Positions 1 through 9,482 of a stretch of DNA of 64,000 nt are shown here, piece by piece. The stretch lies in the NCBI GenBank assembly GCA_012839805.1, contig DUMU01000033.1, positions 309 through 64,308 of the forward strand, written 5' to 3'. The stretch's first letter is position 1. Each line of letters starts with the position of its first letter. The DNA comes from Bacillota bacterium. GTDB lineage: Bacteria > Bacillota > Limnochordia > Limnochordales > DUMU01. The position numbers and the translations under genes are program-made. Below the pieces are notes generated by a model. The model made no database searches. It was given only the letters and a program-made list of their open reading frames with translations, and was not told the origin of the DNA.

Positions 1-6
1 GGGCGC

Positions 7-582
7 ATGCTGGCAGACTGTGTGAAACGGTTGACAAGTAATCCTAATGATCAGTGGGTACGGGATGATTGCTTGTACGTCGTCTTGGCTGCAGGAAGAA
101 CGCGGAGCGAAGCTGCCGTACCGGCGCTCAGGCTTTTGATAGAGAATGCTGCGCAGTTGCTGAACGAAGATCTTTACAGCGATGCAGTGCTTGCCTTGAC
201 TCGGGTCGATTATCGGCTTGTGCTGCCCTATCTCAGGGGATATGTTACATGGCTGACTCGGCCGTCGCCGCCACCCACGGCTACGGCAGGGGCCTCTCCA
301 AAGTATTCAGAATTTGGCCTGATGGATCTGACCAGAATCATAGCCGAATGCATCCGACAGGGGGGGCCGCCTGCAGTGGGAGAGCTGGCAGCAGCTCTGG
401 GGCCATTAGATGCTGACGAAACGAAGGCGGTCCTGGCGGCGTTGAGAAGAGCCAACCTCTGGCCTTACAAAGGTAGTGGCAGTCCAGGTGACACGCGCTA
501 CCGCATGAGTACGGCCGGTCGTTGTGCCCTGAGATCGTGGACGAACGATTTGGAGGAGGGAGGCGTGCTGGCCAATGCTTAG
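7..582 (+). CDS. hypothetical protein, alpha-helical (HEAT/ARM-like repeat suspected); frame is open to the window edge so the true start may lie upstream
   Basis: 191-aa ORF. It has helical-repeat-like segments (AVPALRLLIENAAQLL, DAVLALTRV). An 8-nt overlap with the next ORF suggests an operon. It lies in the visibly lower-GC 5' segment. Confidence 0.4.
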   Translation: MLADCVKRLTSNPNDQWVRDDCLYVVLAAGRTRSEAAVPALRLLIENAAQLLNEDLYSDAVLALTRVDYRLVLPYLRGYVTWLTRPSPPPTATAGASPKYSEFGLMDLTRIIAECIRQGGPPAVGELAAALGPLDADETKAVLAALRRANLWPYKGSGSPGDTRYRMSTAGRCALRSWTNDLEEGGVLANA

Positions 583-1390
583 GAAGGATGTAGAATGGAC
601 GCTACCGGCAGAGTATCTGACTTTGCAACTGGTCTCGTTTGACCGGCCAGCTGTCGCCTCCTCGTTGCAGGAACTGCTGAGGGACTCGCTGATCGACAAG
701 ATAGGATCCCTGGTACGTGATCCAAGTGAAACCGTTTGGTGGTTCCACGAGGTGTTGGGCGAGGGTGACGCGTATTCGCAAACCAAGTGGCATGAGCTGA
801 TGCACTCGGCTATACGGCGCAATGCGCCCTTCGATTTCTCGGTTGCGGATGAAGACGACCTTTGGTCCAGCTTCATCTTCGCCGGGTATTTGAGTAGGCG
901 CGGCGATCTTCACCTCGGTATCTCGCTGAAGAAGGATAAGCTCGCAGGAGAACTTCCAACCGCTGAAAGCTTCCTCTTGGCCTTGGGCCATGATCTGGTA
1001 GCGAGGATGAATGCCAGGGTGGGGTACCTCAGCCTGGACGGGTGGCCTACCTGGAACGGTCGGGTCTCTAGCCCCCTGGAAGCCTACTACGGTTTGATAG
1101 AAGAGCGATTGGTCAAATCGCTGAAAGAGCGCACCAGAGGGGTCTACTGGGCCAACTGGTGGCACAAGGAGTTGATTGGGGGCAAAGTGGACATAGACGA
1201 CGTTGTTAAGAATCTCTGTCCTGCAGAGCAAGGCTGGTTACCGGAGAAAAGCCACTGGTATTTCCGAATCACTGATCATGCCGACCAGGTCGACCGGGAG
1301 ATAGTACGGGAGTGGATGGCCGCGCTGCGCCCGCTCATGCCGGAGGGCAGACCGGTCTACTACTTCCCCCGACAGGAGTGGAAGGTGTAG
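575..1390 (+). CDS. hypothetical protein (271 aa, Trp-rich, no family recognised)
   Basis: The long ORF has no comparable competing frame in this lower-GC region, where spurious ORFs are rarer. It is translationally coupled to the upstream ORF. Confidence 0.5.
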   Translation: MLRKDVEWTLPAEYLTLQLVSFDRPAVASSLQELLRDSLIDKIGSLVRDPSETVWWFHEVLGEGDAYSQTKWHELMHSAIRRNAPFDFSVADEDDLWSSFIFAGYLSRRGDLHLGISLKKDKLAGELPTAESFLLALGHDLVARMNARVGYLSLDGWPTWNGRVSSPLEAYYGLIEERLVKSLKERTRGVYWANWWHKELIGGKVDIDDVVKNLCPAEQGWLPEKSHWYFRITDHADQVDREIVREWMAALRPLMPEGRPVYYFPRQEWKV

Positions 1391-1440
1391 AGAGTCTCCG
1401 GGTTAGAACGGCAGTAGTTAACCCGGCGAGGCACAATCCT

Positions 1441-1965
1441 ATGCGGGGGATCGTTATCATCAACCAGGGGGCTACGGGATTATGGGGCTGGGACCGAGAG
1501 GGCCGGCTCTGCCTGGTAAAAGAAGGCGGAAATCCAAATGGTTCTCCTTTCTTCCAAGATATGTTGGTAAGAGCGACCAAAGACTCAGAGGTGACATTCG
1601 TCCTTCAGCATCCAGCCCCATCAGTTGATCCGCGAACATCGCACTGGTGCGGTTCTACCTTCATCGATTTCGAGCACAAGTTGGTCACGATAACGATGTC
1701 AGGCGACAGCCTGCCTGCTACTTCCAAAGTGCCCAAGCCGCTCATAGGTGTCAATAACGAGTATATAGACACACCTGCCTTTGTAATCCTTGCCCACGAA
1801 CCGGGCGAAGGTTTCGAGGGGATCGAGCATTGGGAAGAATACCTACAGATGCCTCCGCATGAAGCCAACCAACTGAATCACAATCGCGCCATACATTTCT
1901 ACGAGAATGAGGTGAGGAGAGATGTTGGTTTGCCGTTACGCAAATACCGCGTCGATATGGTATAA
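1441..1965 (+). CDS. hypothetical protein (about 174 aa); start uncertain (track ORF opens at 1312)
   Basis: ORF in the lower-GC island. ATG at 1441 (MRGIVIINQG...). It contains AHEPGEG...EH but no canonical HExxH, so no enzymatic call is made. Confidence 0.4.
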   Translation: MRGIVIINQGATGLWGWDREGRLCLVKEGGNPNGSPFFQDMLVRATKDSEVTFVLQHPAPSVDPRTSHWCGSTFIDFEHKLVTITMSGDSLPATSKVPKPLIGVNNEYIDTPAFVILAHEPGEGFEGIEHWEEYLQMPPHEANQLNHNRAIHFYENEVRRDVGLPLRKYRVDMV

Positions 1966-3046
1966 AAGCACGGCGTTTGGGATTCTACCACTTGTGTTGA
2001 CTTTTGCTCTGACACCGTTGGCTTTTACTACCATGTGCACAGTGACGGCCGCGGCTCCCAGCCTAACGGTATCGATGCACGCAGATACTACAGCCGTTGA
2101 TGAGCATTATGGACTGCGCGTTGCGCTAGCGCTGCACAACGAGTCCGCTGAGCCACTGTATGTCATGGGTATAAAAGACAAGGATTTTGCCTACCAAGCG
2201 TTTAAGAGAGGAAGCACATTACTGGTGCAATATGGTATTCCGATCGACGTCGAATGGCCCCATGTGTACAACTATTCACCGGTATTCCACTTGATACCCG
2301 CCGGCGAGACGATTGAACTTGAGGCACGCATAGCGCCGCTGAGGTATGTACCCATGGGGGAGTATGACCTCATAGTTGTAGTTGGATTCGGGCTGCATCC
2401 GGTGCTCGCAGACAAAAACATTACCGCCGGTCAGTTTTTCGAATGGGCAACACTTGTCGAAAGTTCACCCATTCGAGTCAGGATAGATGAAAGCTGCGTT
2501 ATGGTAATTGGGGACGCTGCCCGAATTAATGGTGGAAAGCAAGAAGAGCCGGTTATTGTGGCCGAGACTATGAATTCGCTGATCATCCTCGGCGACGAGG
2601 AGATAGCCACGGTTTGGCTGAGGTTTTCCAACTTCGGATCCAAGCGTGGTTTCGTGTTGACCTTTGGTGATAAAGTAGCGCTTCGTCCAGAGTTGATCAA
2701 TCGCAAGCGAGCACAAGTGGCCGGGAGTGTAGCCCATGGCCTGAAGATCATCGGCAAGGAGGGTTACTTACTAGATTACTATATACCTTGCAACGAGGAT
2801 CCAGAACTGGTGGAAGTCGGTCCCGGAGATAGCGTAGTAGTACCGGTGCGGATCATCGCACGACCATTGGTGTTTCCGCTTCCGGAGGGTACCTATGACC
2901 TAGAGTTCATGTTTGGGTATAGCGACACCCCTTTGGATGTAAGGCCAGGTGTTAGCGCAATGGAGTTTTGGGAGTGGACGGGAGGTCGCCTTGTCGTCAC
3001 GCGCCCGGTAGAGTTAGTGGTACGGGCGGGTCGTTCAGAGGTATGA
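1922..3046 (+). CDS. membrane-anchored or secreted hypothetical protein with an internal duplication of a beta-sandwich-like module
   Basis: Strong SD (GAGGTGAGGAGAG) lies directly upstream of ATG 1922. The N-terminus is hydrophobic (FGILPLVLTFALTPLAF). Two similar modules end ...IPAGETIELEARIAPLRYVPMGEYDLIVVVGFG and ...VGPGDSVVVPVRIIARPLVFPLPEGTYDLEFMFGYS. Confidence 0.55.
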   Translation: MLVCRYANTASIWYKSTAFGILPLVLTFALTPLAFTTMCTVTAAAPSLTVSMHADTTAVDEHYGLRVALALHNESAEPLYVMGIKDKDFAYQAFKRGSTLLVQYGIPIDVEWPHVYNYSPVFHLIPAGETIELEARIAPLRYVPMGEYDLIVVVGFGLHPVLADKNITAGQFFEWATLVESSPIRVRIDESCVMVIGDAARINGGKQEEPVIVAETMNSLIILGDEEIATVWLRFSNFGSKRGFVLTFGDKVALRPELINRKRAQVAGSVAHGLKIIGKEGYLLDYYIPCNEDPELVEVGPGDSVVVPVRIIARPLVFPLPEGTYDLEFMFGYSDTPLDVRPGVSAMEFWEWTGGRLVVTRPVELVVRAGRSEV

Positions 3047-3461
3047 GAGGAGGTTGCGCTGCTTCGGGGTCTCCAAGAGAGCCATTGCTGCAGTCGACAA
3101 AGGGACGGGGTAAGCCACATCACTGCCGCATAGCTCCTTCAAAACGGAGTGCCCTGGCCAGGAGAGACCGGCAAGAACCTCCGGCGGCGCGTGTCGTCGG
3201 CAGCCCGGGAGATGGGCGGAGCTCGCTATGAGATTTGCCATACTCGCGACGATGCCGAAAGCCCCACCAGCATGACGTACCCGGGCGGCACAACGGTGAG
3301 CTTTGAATACAACAGGCCGGGTGGCAGGGGTGCCAGGGGTGGGCCGGGGGGATGGCGGGAAGGCCGCAAGGCGGGGGTACTAGCGCTGGCGCAGCAAAGC
3401 AATGGCAGGCGACGAAACGAAGGAGCCGAGGAAAAAGGCAGCCGAGGAAAAGAGAGAAAGT

Positions 3462-4627
3462 ATGCCGGCCGTTCACGGTGGTAGAGAGGGTGCGCGGGGA
3501 AGCGGGCTCGCTAGACTCGTGAGAGGGGTTCTCAGCGGACTACTGGTGCTGGTCGTGGCCTCGGGTGTTGGGCTCGGGTCGCAGGCCGCCTCACCGGCTG
3601 CTCTGTCATCCAAACCCGATCGTCCGTTGATCTTTGTGGTCCACGGCCGCCCAGAGCTCTTCGAGGAGTATCGCAAGCTCTTCAATGAGTACGAAAAGGA
3701 GACCGGGATAGCCGTCGACATGGTGACGGTCGACTCGGCGGCGGCCAAGTGGCAAAAGATCCTGCCCATGCTGGCGGGAGGCGTAGCTCCAGACGTGGTG
3801 GCGGGCGTTAGTGTGGAATTCGTAGGATATGCCATGACCGGTTTGCTGCGCCCACTGAACGATCTCATCGCCGAGACGAAGACCGATTTGGGCCAGCTAA
3901 TTCCCGTGCTGGTGAAAGAGCTTTCGTGGCAGGGTAAGCAGTACATTATTCCGTATGGCGTTTCCATGATGACCATGTACTACAACGTGAACATGTATAG
4001 CGAAGCGGGCTTGCCGCCTCCACCCCGTGGGGGATCGTCGGTCCGTACTGGGATAGTTGGCTGACGCTCCCGGTTCAGTGGAATGCCGACTGGGTGACCC
4101 CGGATCTTACCCGTTTCACGGGGAATGAACCGGGGCCGGTTGCCTCTCTCCAGGCGCTGCAAGATCTGGCCTGGAAGCACAAAGTGATGCCGGCGGACGC
4201 CGCCAACATGACTCAGGAGTTTGCCAGCGGCCAGGGAGCGCTCTACGGCGACGGAACTTGGGGAATACAGATCCTCCTGCAGTCCAAGGAAACCTGGGAT
4301 TTTGCCCCGTTCTTCCAGGTGCCGGGCTACCGGGCGGCCGGGGCTATTCCGGGCCTGGTGGCGAACCTCCCGGCCTGGGCGGAGTTGATGCGCCAGGCGG
4401 CCGGCAACCGGCAACTCAACTTCGGCCTGCTACTTGAGGAGGTGCAGAACTTCGGCATGGTGCTCCAGGTCCGCAAGTTGCCGGCCTGGGACGCCATCGA
4501 CCGGGCGATGCGACCGGTGGTGTGGAGTGTGTTCCAGAACCAGCTCCCGGCGCAGCAGGCCATGGACCAGGTGGCACCCCAGATCAATAAGCTCCTGGCA
4601 GAGGCTATGGCAGGCAAGAAGCAGTGA
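3462..4627 (+). pseudogene. ABC-transporter extracellular solute-binding protein (family 1), disrupted by a frameshift near 4015-4024
   Basis: The N-terminal half (track ORF 3402..4064) has a signal peptide plus SBP-like sequence up to YYNVNMYSEAGLPPP. The C-terminal half continues in another frame (TPWGIVGPYWDSW... then track ORF 4094..4627). The switch point is at a C-rich run, ccgcctccacccc. Confidence 0.6.
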
Positions 4628-4758
4628 AGGAGGACGTACAGGGCCGATGCGGACACGTGGCAAGCCGGTACGAAGATCACTTCCGCGAAGGAAGGAGCAG
4701 GTATACCGCCGGACACGAGGAATGGGAACCTATCATTTCACTCAGGGAGGCGATCAAA

Positions 4759-6120
4759 GTGAACGGGCGTGCGTGGAGCAGCAAAGTTCTGGTTAACTTT
4801 GTTATCGCCTTGGTTGCCTGCCAGGTGGCAGTCGTTTCCCAGGGGCTACCGGTCAGCGGCGTCGCCAGTGCGGCTGGAAAGGCGCCGGAGACAGGCAAGA
4901 CGAAGATCACCTTCATGACACACTACGTACTGACACTTCCGTTTGGCAAGGTGCTTGATCAGGCCATTCAAGAGTATGAACGTCTGCATCCGAATATCCA
5001 GATAGATGTCCAGTTCGTGCCGGTGACCGAGCTTTTACCGAAGATCCTGGTGGCCCAATCGACCGGGATCGCACCCGATGTCGTTTCCATTGCCGGCTAT
5101 ATGCTGGGAGACCTGGCCGAGGCGGGCATGCTGCAAGAGGTTCCATCTTCGGTGCGGCAGATCGTCGATGACGTCTACCTTCCCGGGTTGTCAGTCTTCG
5201 CCACCTACGGGGGCAAGCAACTCGGGCTGACCACGGAGTTCATGCCGCGGGCGATGGTGGCCAACGTCAGGATGCTGGAGGCAGCAGGGTTGCCGAGCCG
5301 GACGCCGGCGACCTTTGGTGAACTGGAAGAATGGGCCCGCAAGCTCACCCAAAAAGAGCCGGACGGCCGGTTCAAAGTGGCCGGTTACGCCATTGAGACC
5401 GGCAGTTCGGGGCAGGCGGTATGGGGCACGATCTTTTCCTTTGCCTGGTCGAACGGAGGGCGTTATCTCACCCCGGACTATCGCCGGGTGGCCTTCAATA
5501 CGCCGGAGGTGGCCGACGCCGTCAACTACCTGGCCGGCCTGGTCAGCAAAGGAATAGCCGTGGCCAAGTCCTGGGTAGTCGTAGATATGCGCAGCGAGAA
5601 GGCGGCCCTCAGCATGGCGCACGGTCCATACTGGAAAAACGAGTTCACCCGTCCTAAAGAGTATGTCTACGACCGTTTCATCAGCGGGTTGATGCCGGCG
5701 GGTAAGACCGGTAAACCGGCCGCACCCACCTACGGGTGGCTCCTCGGGGTGACCACCGGTTCGAGCCACAGCAAGGAGGCCTGGGAGTTCATCACCTGGC
5801 TCACCACCTCCGTCGATGAGAAGACGGGGATGACTCGCATGGGCCAGGTCATGGCCGAACTTGGCTCGATGCCCGTCACTCGTCCGGATCTAGCCCATAC
5901 CCCCGTCTTGAAAGAAGCTTTCATGTCCGGTTTCCTGGAGGCGATCCGTAAAGGTTTCACAGTGCCGGATCCGGTGGGGCCGAAGGCGCTGCAACTCCAG
6001 AATCTCTTCATGAACGAGATTGTACCGGCCATTTTGGGCACTCGTTCTACTGCCGAGGCGCTGGAAAGGGCAGCCCAGTTAACCCAGGCGGAGCTCGACA
6101 AGATCTTTACGAAGCGATAA
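4759..6120 (+). CDS. ABC-transporter extracellular solute-binding protein (family 1, sugar type)
   Basis: GTG 4759 follows GGGAGG at 8 nt. There is a signal peptide (VLVNFVIALVACQVAVV). SBP_bac_1-like sequence runs throughout. No permease genes are adjacent. Confidence 0.8.
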   Translation: MNGRAWSSKVLVNFVIALVACQVAVVSQGLPVSGVASAAGKAPETGKTKITFMTHYVLTLPFGKVLDQAIQEYERLHPNIQIDVQFVPVTELLPKILVAQSTGIAPDVVSIAGYMLGDLAEAGMLQEVPSSVRQIVDDVYLPGLSVFATYGGKQLGLTTEFMPRAMVANVRMLEAAGLPSRTPATFGELEEWARKLTQKEPDGRFKVAGYAIETGSSGQAVWGTIFSFAWSNGGRYLTPDYRRVAFNTPEVADAVNYLAGLVSKGIAVAKSWVVVDMRSEKAALSMAHGPYWKNEFTRPKEYVYDRFISGLMPAGKTGKPAAPTYGWLLGVTTGSSHSKEAWEFITWLTTSVDEKTGMTRMGQVMAELGSMPVTRPDLAHTPVLKEAFMSGFLEAIRKGFTVPDPVGPKALQLQNLFMNEIVPAILGTRSTAEALERAAQLTQAELDKIFTKR

Positions 6121-6177
6121 GGCAGACCGGGCGTCCTTCGGCGGAAGACTGGTAGAGCACTCGGATTACTTCGGCCG

Positions 6178-7302
6178 TCATCTTGTTTTCAGGGCCTCCC
6201 AGATCAGGGGCAGGGATCGGTCATAGCGGTGGCTGGTGTGGAAGTGCCCGCCGGGGAAGGTCTCGAAGAGGTGGGGGATGCCCAGTTCGGTAAGCCGGCG
6301 GTCGAGGCGGCGAGCGCCGAAGAGCAGGTTGAACTCGTCTTCCTCACCGCAGTCAAAGAAGAGCAGCTTGAGGTGGCGCAGGGCTCCGGCTGCCCCGGGG
6401 ACGTCCGTCACCATCCGTACCGGATCGTGCGCGAGCCAGCGTTGCCAGACGCCGGGAAGGAGTTCACCGGTATTGAGGTCGACAGGGAGCTCCACACCGG
6501 CATCATCATCATTCCCGTTGGGGGCTGCGGGATCTGCCTGCCTCGCTGATTCGGCAAGACCGGTACTTTTGGCCGAGGGCGAGTAAGTGGCCGCCATGGC
6601 AAAGAGGTTGATGGCGGCCCGCAGCGACGGCGAGGGGCTGCTCGGGCCGAACCGGCAACCCAGCACCAGCCGGCGAAAGGCCGGCAGCCCCCCGGCCCGG
6701 GCCACCTCCCGCAGCAGGTGGCCGATGTCCGGCCAGTAACAGAGCTCGAAACCCATGTCGCCGGAATGGCAGACGACCGCCTCGAACAGGCCGGGATGGC
6801 GCATGGCGTTGACGAGAGCCCCGTAGCCGCCGGATGATTGGCCGGCAACAGCCCGTGCTCCCGCCGAAGGATGTCGCTCCTCCACGAACGGGAGCAACTC
6901 ATCCCACAGGTAGGTTTCGTAGTCGCCCACCCCGGGCGAGCTTATATGCTGGTTACCCCCGAGACCGGTGAACGTATCGGGCAAGACGAAAACCATGGGG
7001 CCGAGGCGGCCTTCGGCGTGCAGGCGGTTCACCCGTTCCAGCAGATCTTCCCCGAAAGGGTTGAAGTTGAGAAAACTTCGCCCGGTGCCGCCAAAGCCGG
7101 AGAGCATCCAGACCTGCGGATAGGCCCGGCCGCCCTGGTAGCCGGGGGGAAGCAGTACGATCAGGAGCCGATCGGCGGGGTCGCCCAGGGGGTTGTTCTC
7201 CAGTGCTCGGCTGTGAAAGGAGTAAATAACGACCGAGTAGCGGTGGTTGCTGCCGAAGCCGAACTTCACGGGGCCGCCGATAGGGAACATGGTCGGAATC
7301 AC
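6178..7302 (-). CDS. putative esterase (esterase D / enterochelin-esterase-like alpha/beta hydrolase)
   Basis: It carries the GxSxG nucleophile elbow (AGQSSGGYGAL), a downstream HSGD motif and a C-terminal His region. Length is 374 aa. Confidence 0.7.
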   Translation of the reverse strand: MIPTMFPIGGPVKFGFGSNHRYSVVIYSFHSRALENNPLGDPADRLLIVLLPPGYQGGRAYPQVWMLSGFGGTGRSFLNFNPFGEDLLERVNRLHAEGRLGPMVFVLPDTFTGLGGNQHISSPGVGDYETYLWDELLPFVEERHPSAGARAVAGQSSGGYGALVNAMRHPGLFEAVVCHSGDMGFELCYWPDIGHLLREVARAGGLPAFRRLVLGCRFGPSSPSPSLRAAINLFAMAATYSPSAKSTGLAESARQADPAAPNGNDDDAGVELPVDLNTGELLPGVWQRWLAHDPVRMVTDVPGAAGALRHLKLLFFDCGEEDEFNLLFGARRLDRRLTELGIPHLFETFPGGHFHTSHRYDRSLPLIWEALKTR

Positions 7303-7690
7303 TTCCTATCTTTGGTATTCTTCCCCACGTTCTCTCTGTCGTCTCTGGGGCAACGCTTTGCCTTCGCCGTTCACTTTGGTTCATGGCCGGCGGCGTTACC
7401 GCCGGCCCCCGCCGGGACGCTACCGGCATTGTACACCGGAGGAGGGTGCGTTTGGCGCAAGATGCACCGGCCACGAGGGCCTTGGAAGGTGAAAAGTACA
7501 CCAACACCGCCACCAGTGGCTCGGATGGGGCAAAGAGCCCGGAATGGTGTAGCCTGCGCCATCGTGGAGACGGTTGGTTGGCGCGACTTGCTCCAGCCAA
7601 GCGGCCTCGGGTGGGGCGCGGGGCAGCGCGGGGCGTATCGGTAGCGCGGCGCGTGTGCATGGGAGTACGGGCGGTGTTTTTGGGCGGGTT

Positions 7691-8305
7691 CTACAAATAG
7701 TGGGTGACGATGGGAGCGGTTGCCGCCTCGTAAAGGGAGGCAATTCGCCCCAGGTAGGAGGTGAGTGCCTCCGGACCGCCGTTCAGGTTGAAGACGAGCT
7801 GGTAGCCCTGTTGCCGGAGCTTGGGGAACGTGTCCTGGCACCACCGGGCGATCTCCTTCATCCCGGCCCCGAAGCCATCGGGGAGCCTGGGCGTGAACCG
7901 GCGGGGAACGAAAAGATCGACGTACATCCCCTGCCGGCGCAAGAAGACCGATAGAGCCCGGGCCGCCGTTCGACCCATGTGAGTGTCAGTAGTCAGGAAG
8001 AAATGCCGATCTCTCCGGCTCCCCACGCCTCGCCCTCCGAAAAAGCCGTAGATTCCGGCGAGTTCCGGACTCAACCGGCAACGTTCGTCGACACTTGCCT
8101 GACTCAGGCGCTCGATGCCCCGGTTACCCAGTACCCAGATGAAATCACGGGTCAGCACGGCCAGACGGCCCTCTTCTTCGTTCACCGAATCCAAGAGCCA
8201 CCCGTGTCTTCCTTCGGCCGCTTCGGAAGTGGTGACCAGGTTGAATAGAAGCTCGGGTCCGATGGTCGAGATAATGGCGAACGCAGGTGAACGGCCGTTC
8301 TCCAC
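7691..8305 (-). CDS. stand-alone CARF-domain protein (APE2256 / DxTHG-type CRISPR-associated Rossmann fold)
   Basis: GTG start with AAGGAGG 8 nt upstream. Family-like motifs are present in the usual order: IISTIGPELLFNL (TxGTSLL-like), SPEL, FFLTTDTHMGRTAARAL (DxTHG) and LVFNLNGGPEAL (N-TGGFK-like). No effector domain is present and no cas genes or array lie in the window. Confidence 0.55.
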   Translation of the reverse strand: MENGRSPAFAIISTIGPELLFNLVTTSEAAEGRHGWLLDSVNEEEGRLAVLTRDFIWVLGNRGIERLSQASVDERCRLSPELAGIYGFFGGRGVGSRRDRHFFLTTDTHMGRTAARALSVFLRRQGMYVDLFVPRRFTPRLPDGFGAGMKEIARWCQDTFPKLRQQGYQLVFNLNGGPEALTSYLGRIASLYEAATAPIVTHYL

Positions 8306-8729
8306 CGTCGTTGCCTCCTTGCCGCATGCGCGTCACGCCCCGTTACCGCACCGCGCGTGTTGCGAGGGGACAGGAATTGCCGGGCGGTGGGCATCCCGTG
8401 AACTGCGCACGCGCGTCGGGCGGTTCCGGTAGCTAGTTCCATGCCGGCGAGGAGTTTCCCTGCCGTTCATCGGGTACGAAAAGGCAGGACCACGGTGAAC
8501 CTTCACCGATCGGACCCGGCTCCAGACCAGGTCTTACTTCCTGTTCGGCAATCTGAAAACGGAAATCGACCCGCAGGTGGAAAACCGTGAACAGATTGCC
8601 TACTTAGGAGCAGATCCCTGATCCGGAGCACGGTCCTCTCGGTCCGTCGGCCCACCGTGATCCTGCGTTATAAGAATGCGCCGTTGGCGGCTGCCTATGC
8701 ACGATTCCCGGCGCTTTTTCGCTGCCAAA

Positions 8730-9482
8730 TTATACCGCCCCAGGGTCGCGCATGCGCTGTCTGAGCGGCAGCTGTAGCCGGTCGCCGATGCGCTGCCTCA
8801 ACGTCAGCAGCTCTCTGTCTCGCATCCACGGCCGGCCATCCTGGAGCCCGGGCAGCGGCATGGCCCCAACTCGCGAAGTTAGCTGGTCGAGTGTCTTCTG
8901 CTGCTCTGGAGTAAGAAGGGCCCGGAGCTCTTGGGCGGCTGCGTCGGCCTTCGCCCGGACGTCCAGGCGTAGTTGCGTGAGCTTCTGGCTCAGTTCGAGG
9001 ACCTTGTCCCGGTCGGGATTCTGCTCCCGCCAAAGCTGGGCCAGTTCACGCTGGGTCTTGGTGATCTCCTCCCGAAGGGGCTTGAGCTCCTCGGCCAGCC
9101 GATTGCGCAGGTCAACGATGGCCTGGTACTGCTCGTCGGTCAATTTGAGTTGAGCCGCCAGGCGGGATACGTAGGCGAAGCCGGCCTGCAGCTCAGGACC
9201 AAGACCCAACCCCCAGGTCTGCGCAGCGGATTTACCCCCAAGCTCCGGCCGGGCCCCCAGCGGACCGGCGAAGCCACCGAAGCGAGGCCCGAAAGGCGGA
9301 TGGGCGAACCAGGGCTGAACGACTTTCGCGACCCCTCCGCCGGCCCCAGCTCCCGCGGCGGCCACCGACGTTCCTCCTGCCCAGCTGCCGATGAACACGA
9401 CGAAAGTGACCGCAACCAGAGCTAACACCAGCGAGCGCCAGGTGGAAGACCGTTCCGGAATCGTACTGTACTTGAGCTTCAC
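8730..9482 (-). CDS. Spy/CpxP/ZraP-family (LTXXQ motif) envelope-stress chaperone-like protein with N-terminal membrane anchor
   Basis: Motifs LKLTDEQYQAI and LLTPEQQKTLDQL flank a coiled helical region. GTG 9482 is preceded by AGGAGGGA. A TM segment (LVLALVAVTFVVFIGSW) is present. The track ORF extends to 9641 but lacks SD support there. Confidence 0.7.
   Translation of the reverse strand: MKLKYSTIPERSSTWRSLVLALVAVTFVVFIGSWAGGTSVAAAGAGAGGGVAKVVQPWFAHPPFGPRFGGFAGPLGARPELGGKSAAQTWGLGLGPELQAGFAYVSRLAAQLKLTDEQYQAIVDLRNRLAEELKPLREEITKTQRELAQLWREQNPDRDKVLELSQKLTQLRLDVRAKADAAAQELRALLTPEQQKTLDQLTSRVGAMPLPGLQDGRPWMRDRELLTLRQRIGDRLQLPLRQRMRDPGAV

Noticed and set aside
1441-1965. Possible zincin-like metallopeptidase or toxin domain suggested by ILAHEPGEGFEGIEH.
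   Set aside because: There is no HExxH or HxxEH spacing and no third ligand motif that I can place. The call is left as hypothetical.
7440-7570. Cobalamin-riboswitch-like string on the plus strand (GGAAGGTGAAAAGTACACCAACACCGCCACCAGTGG).
   Set aside because: It matches the GGTGAAAA...CCGCCAC..GT consensus only partially, with an insertion in the B12-box-like part. There is no AGCCAGGAGACCTGCC-type 3' element. No plus-strand gene lies downstream for it to regulate. A cmsearch with RF00174 would settle it.
8306-8729. A 420-bp, somewhat lower-GC intergenic region with short hairpins (for example GGTGAAccTTCACC at about 8494-8507), considered as a possible ncRNA.
   Set aside because: I recognise no conserved RNA-family motifs. 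The hairpins are short and imperfect. The region is adequately explained as the CARF gene promoter region plus the 3' end of the Spy-like gene.
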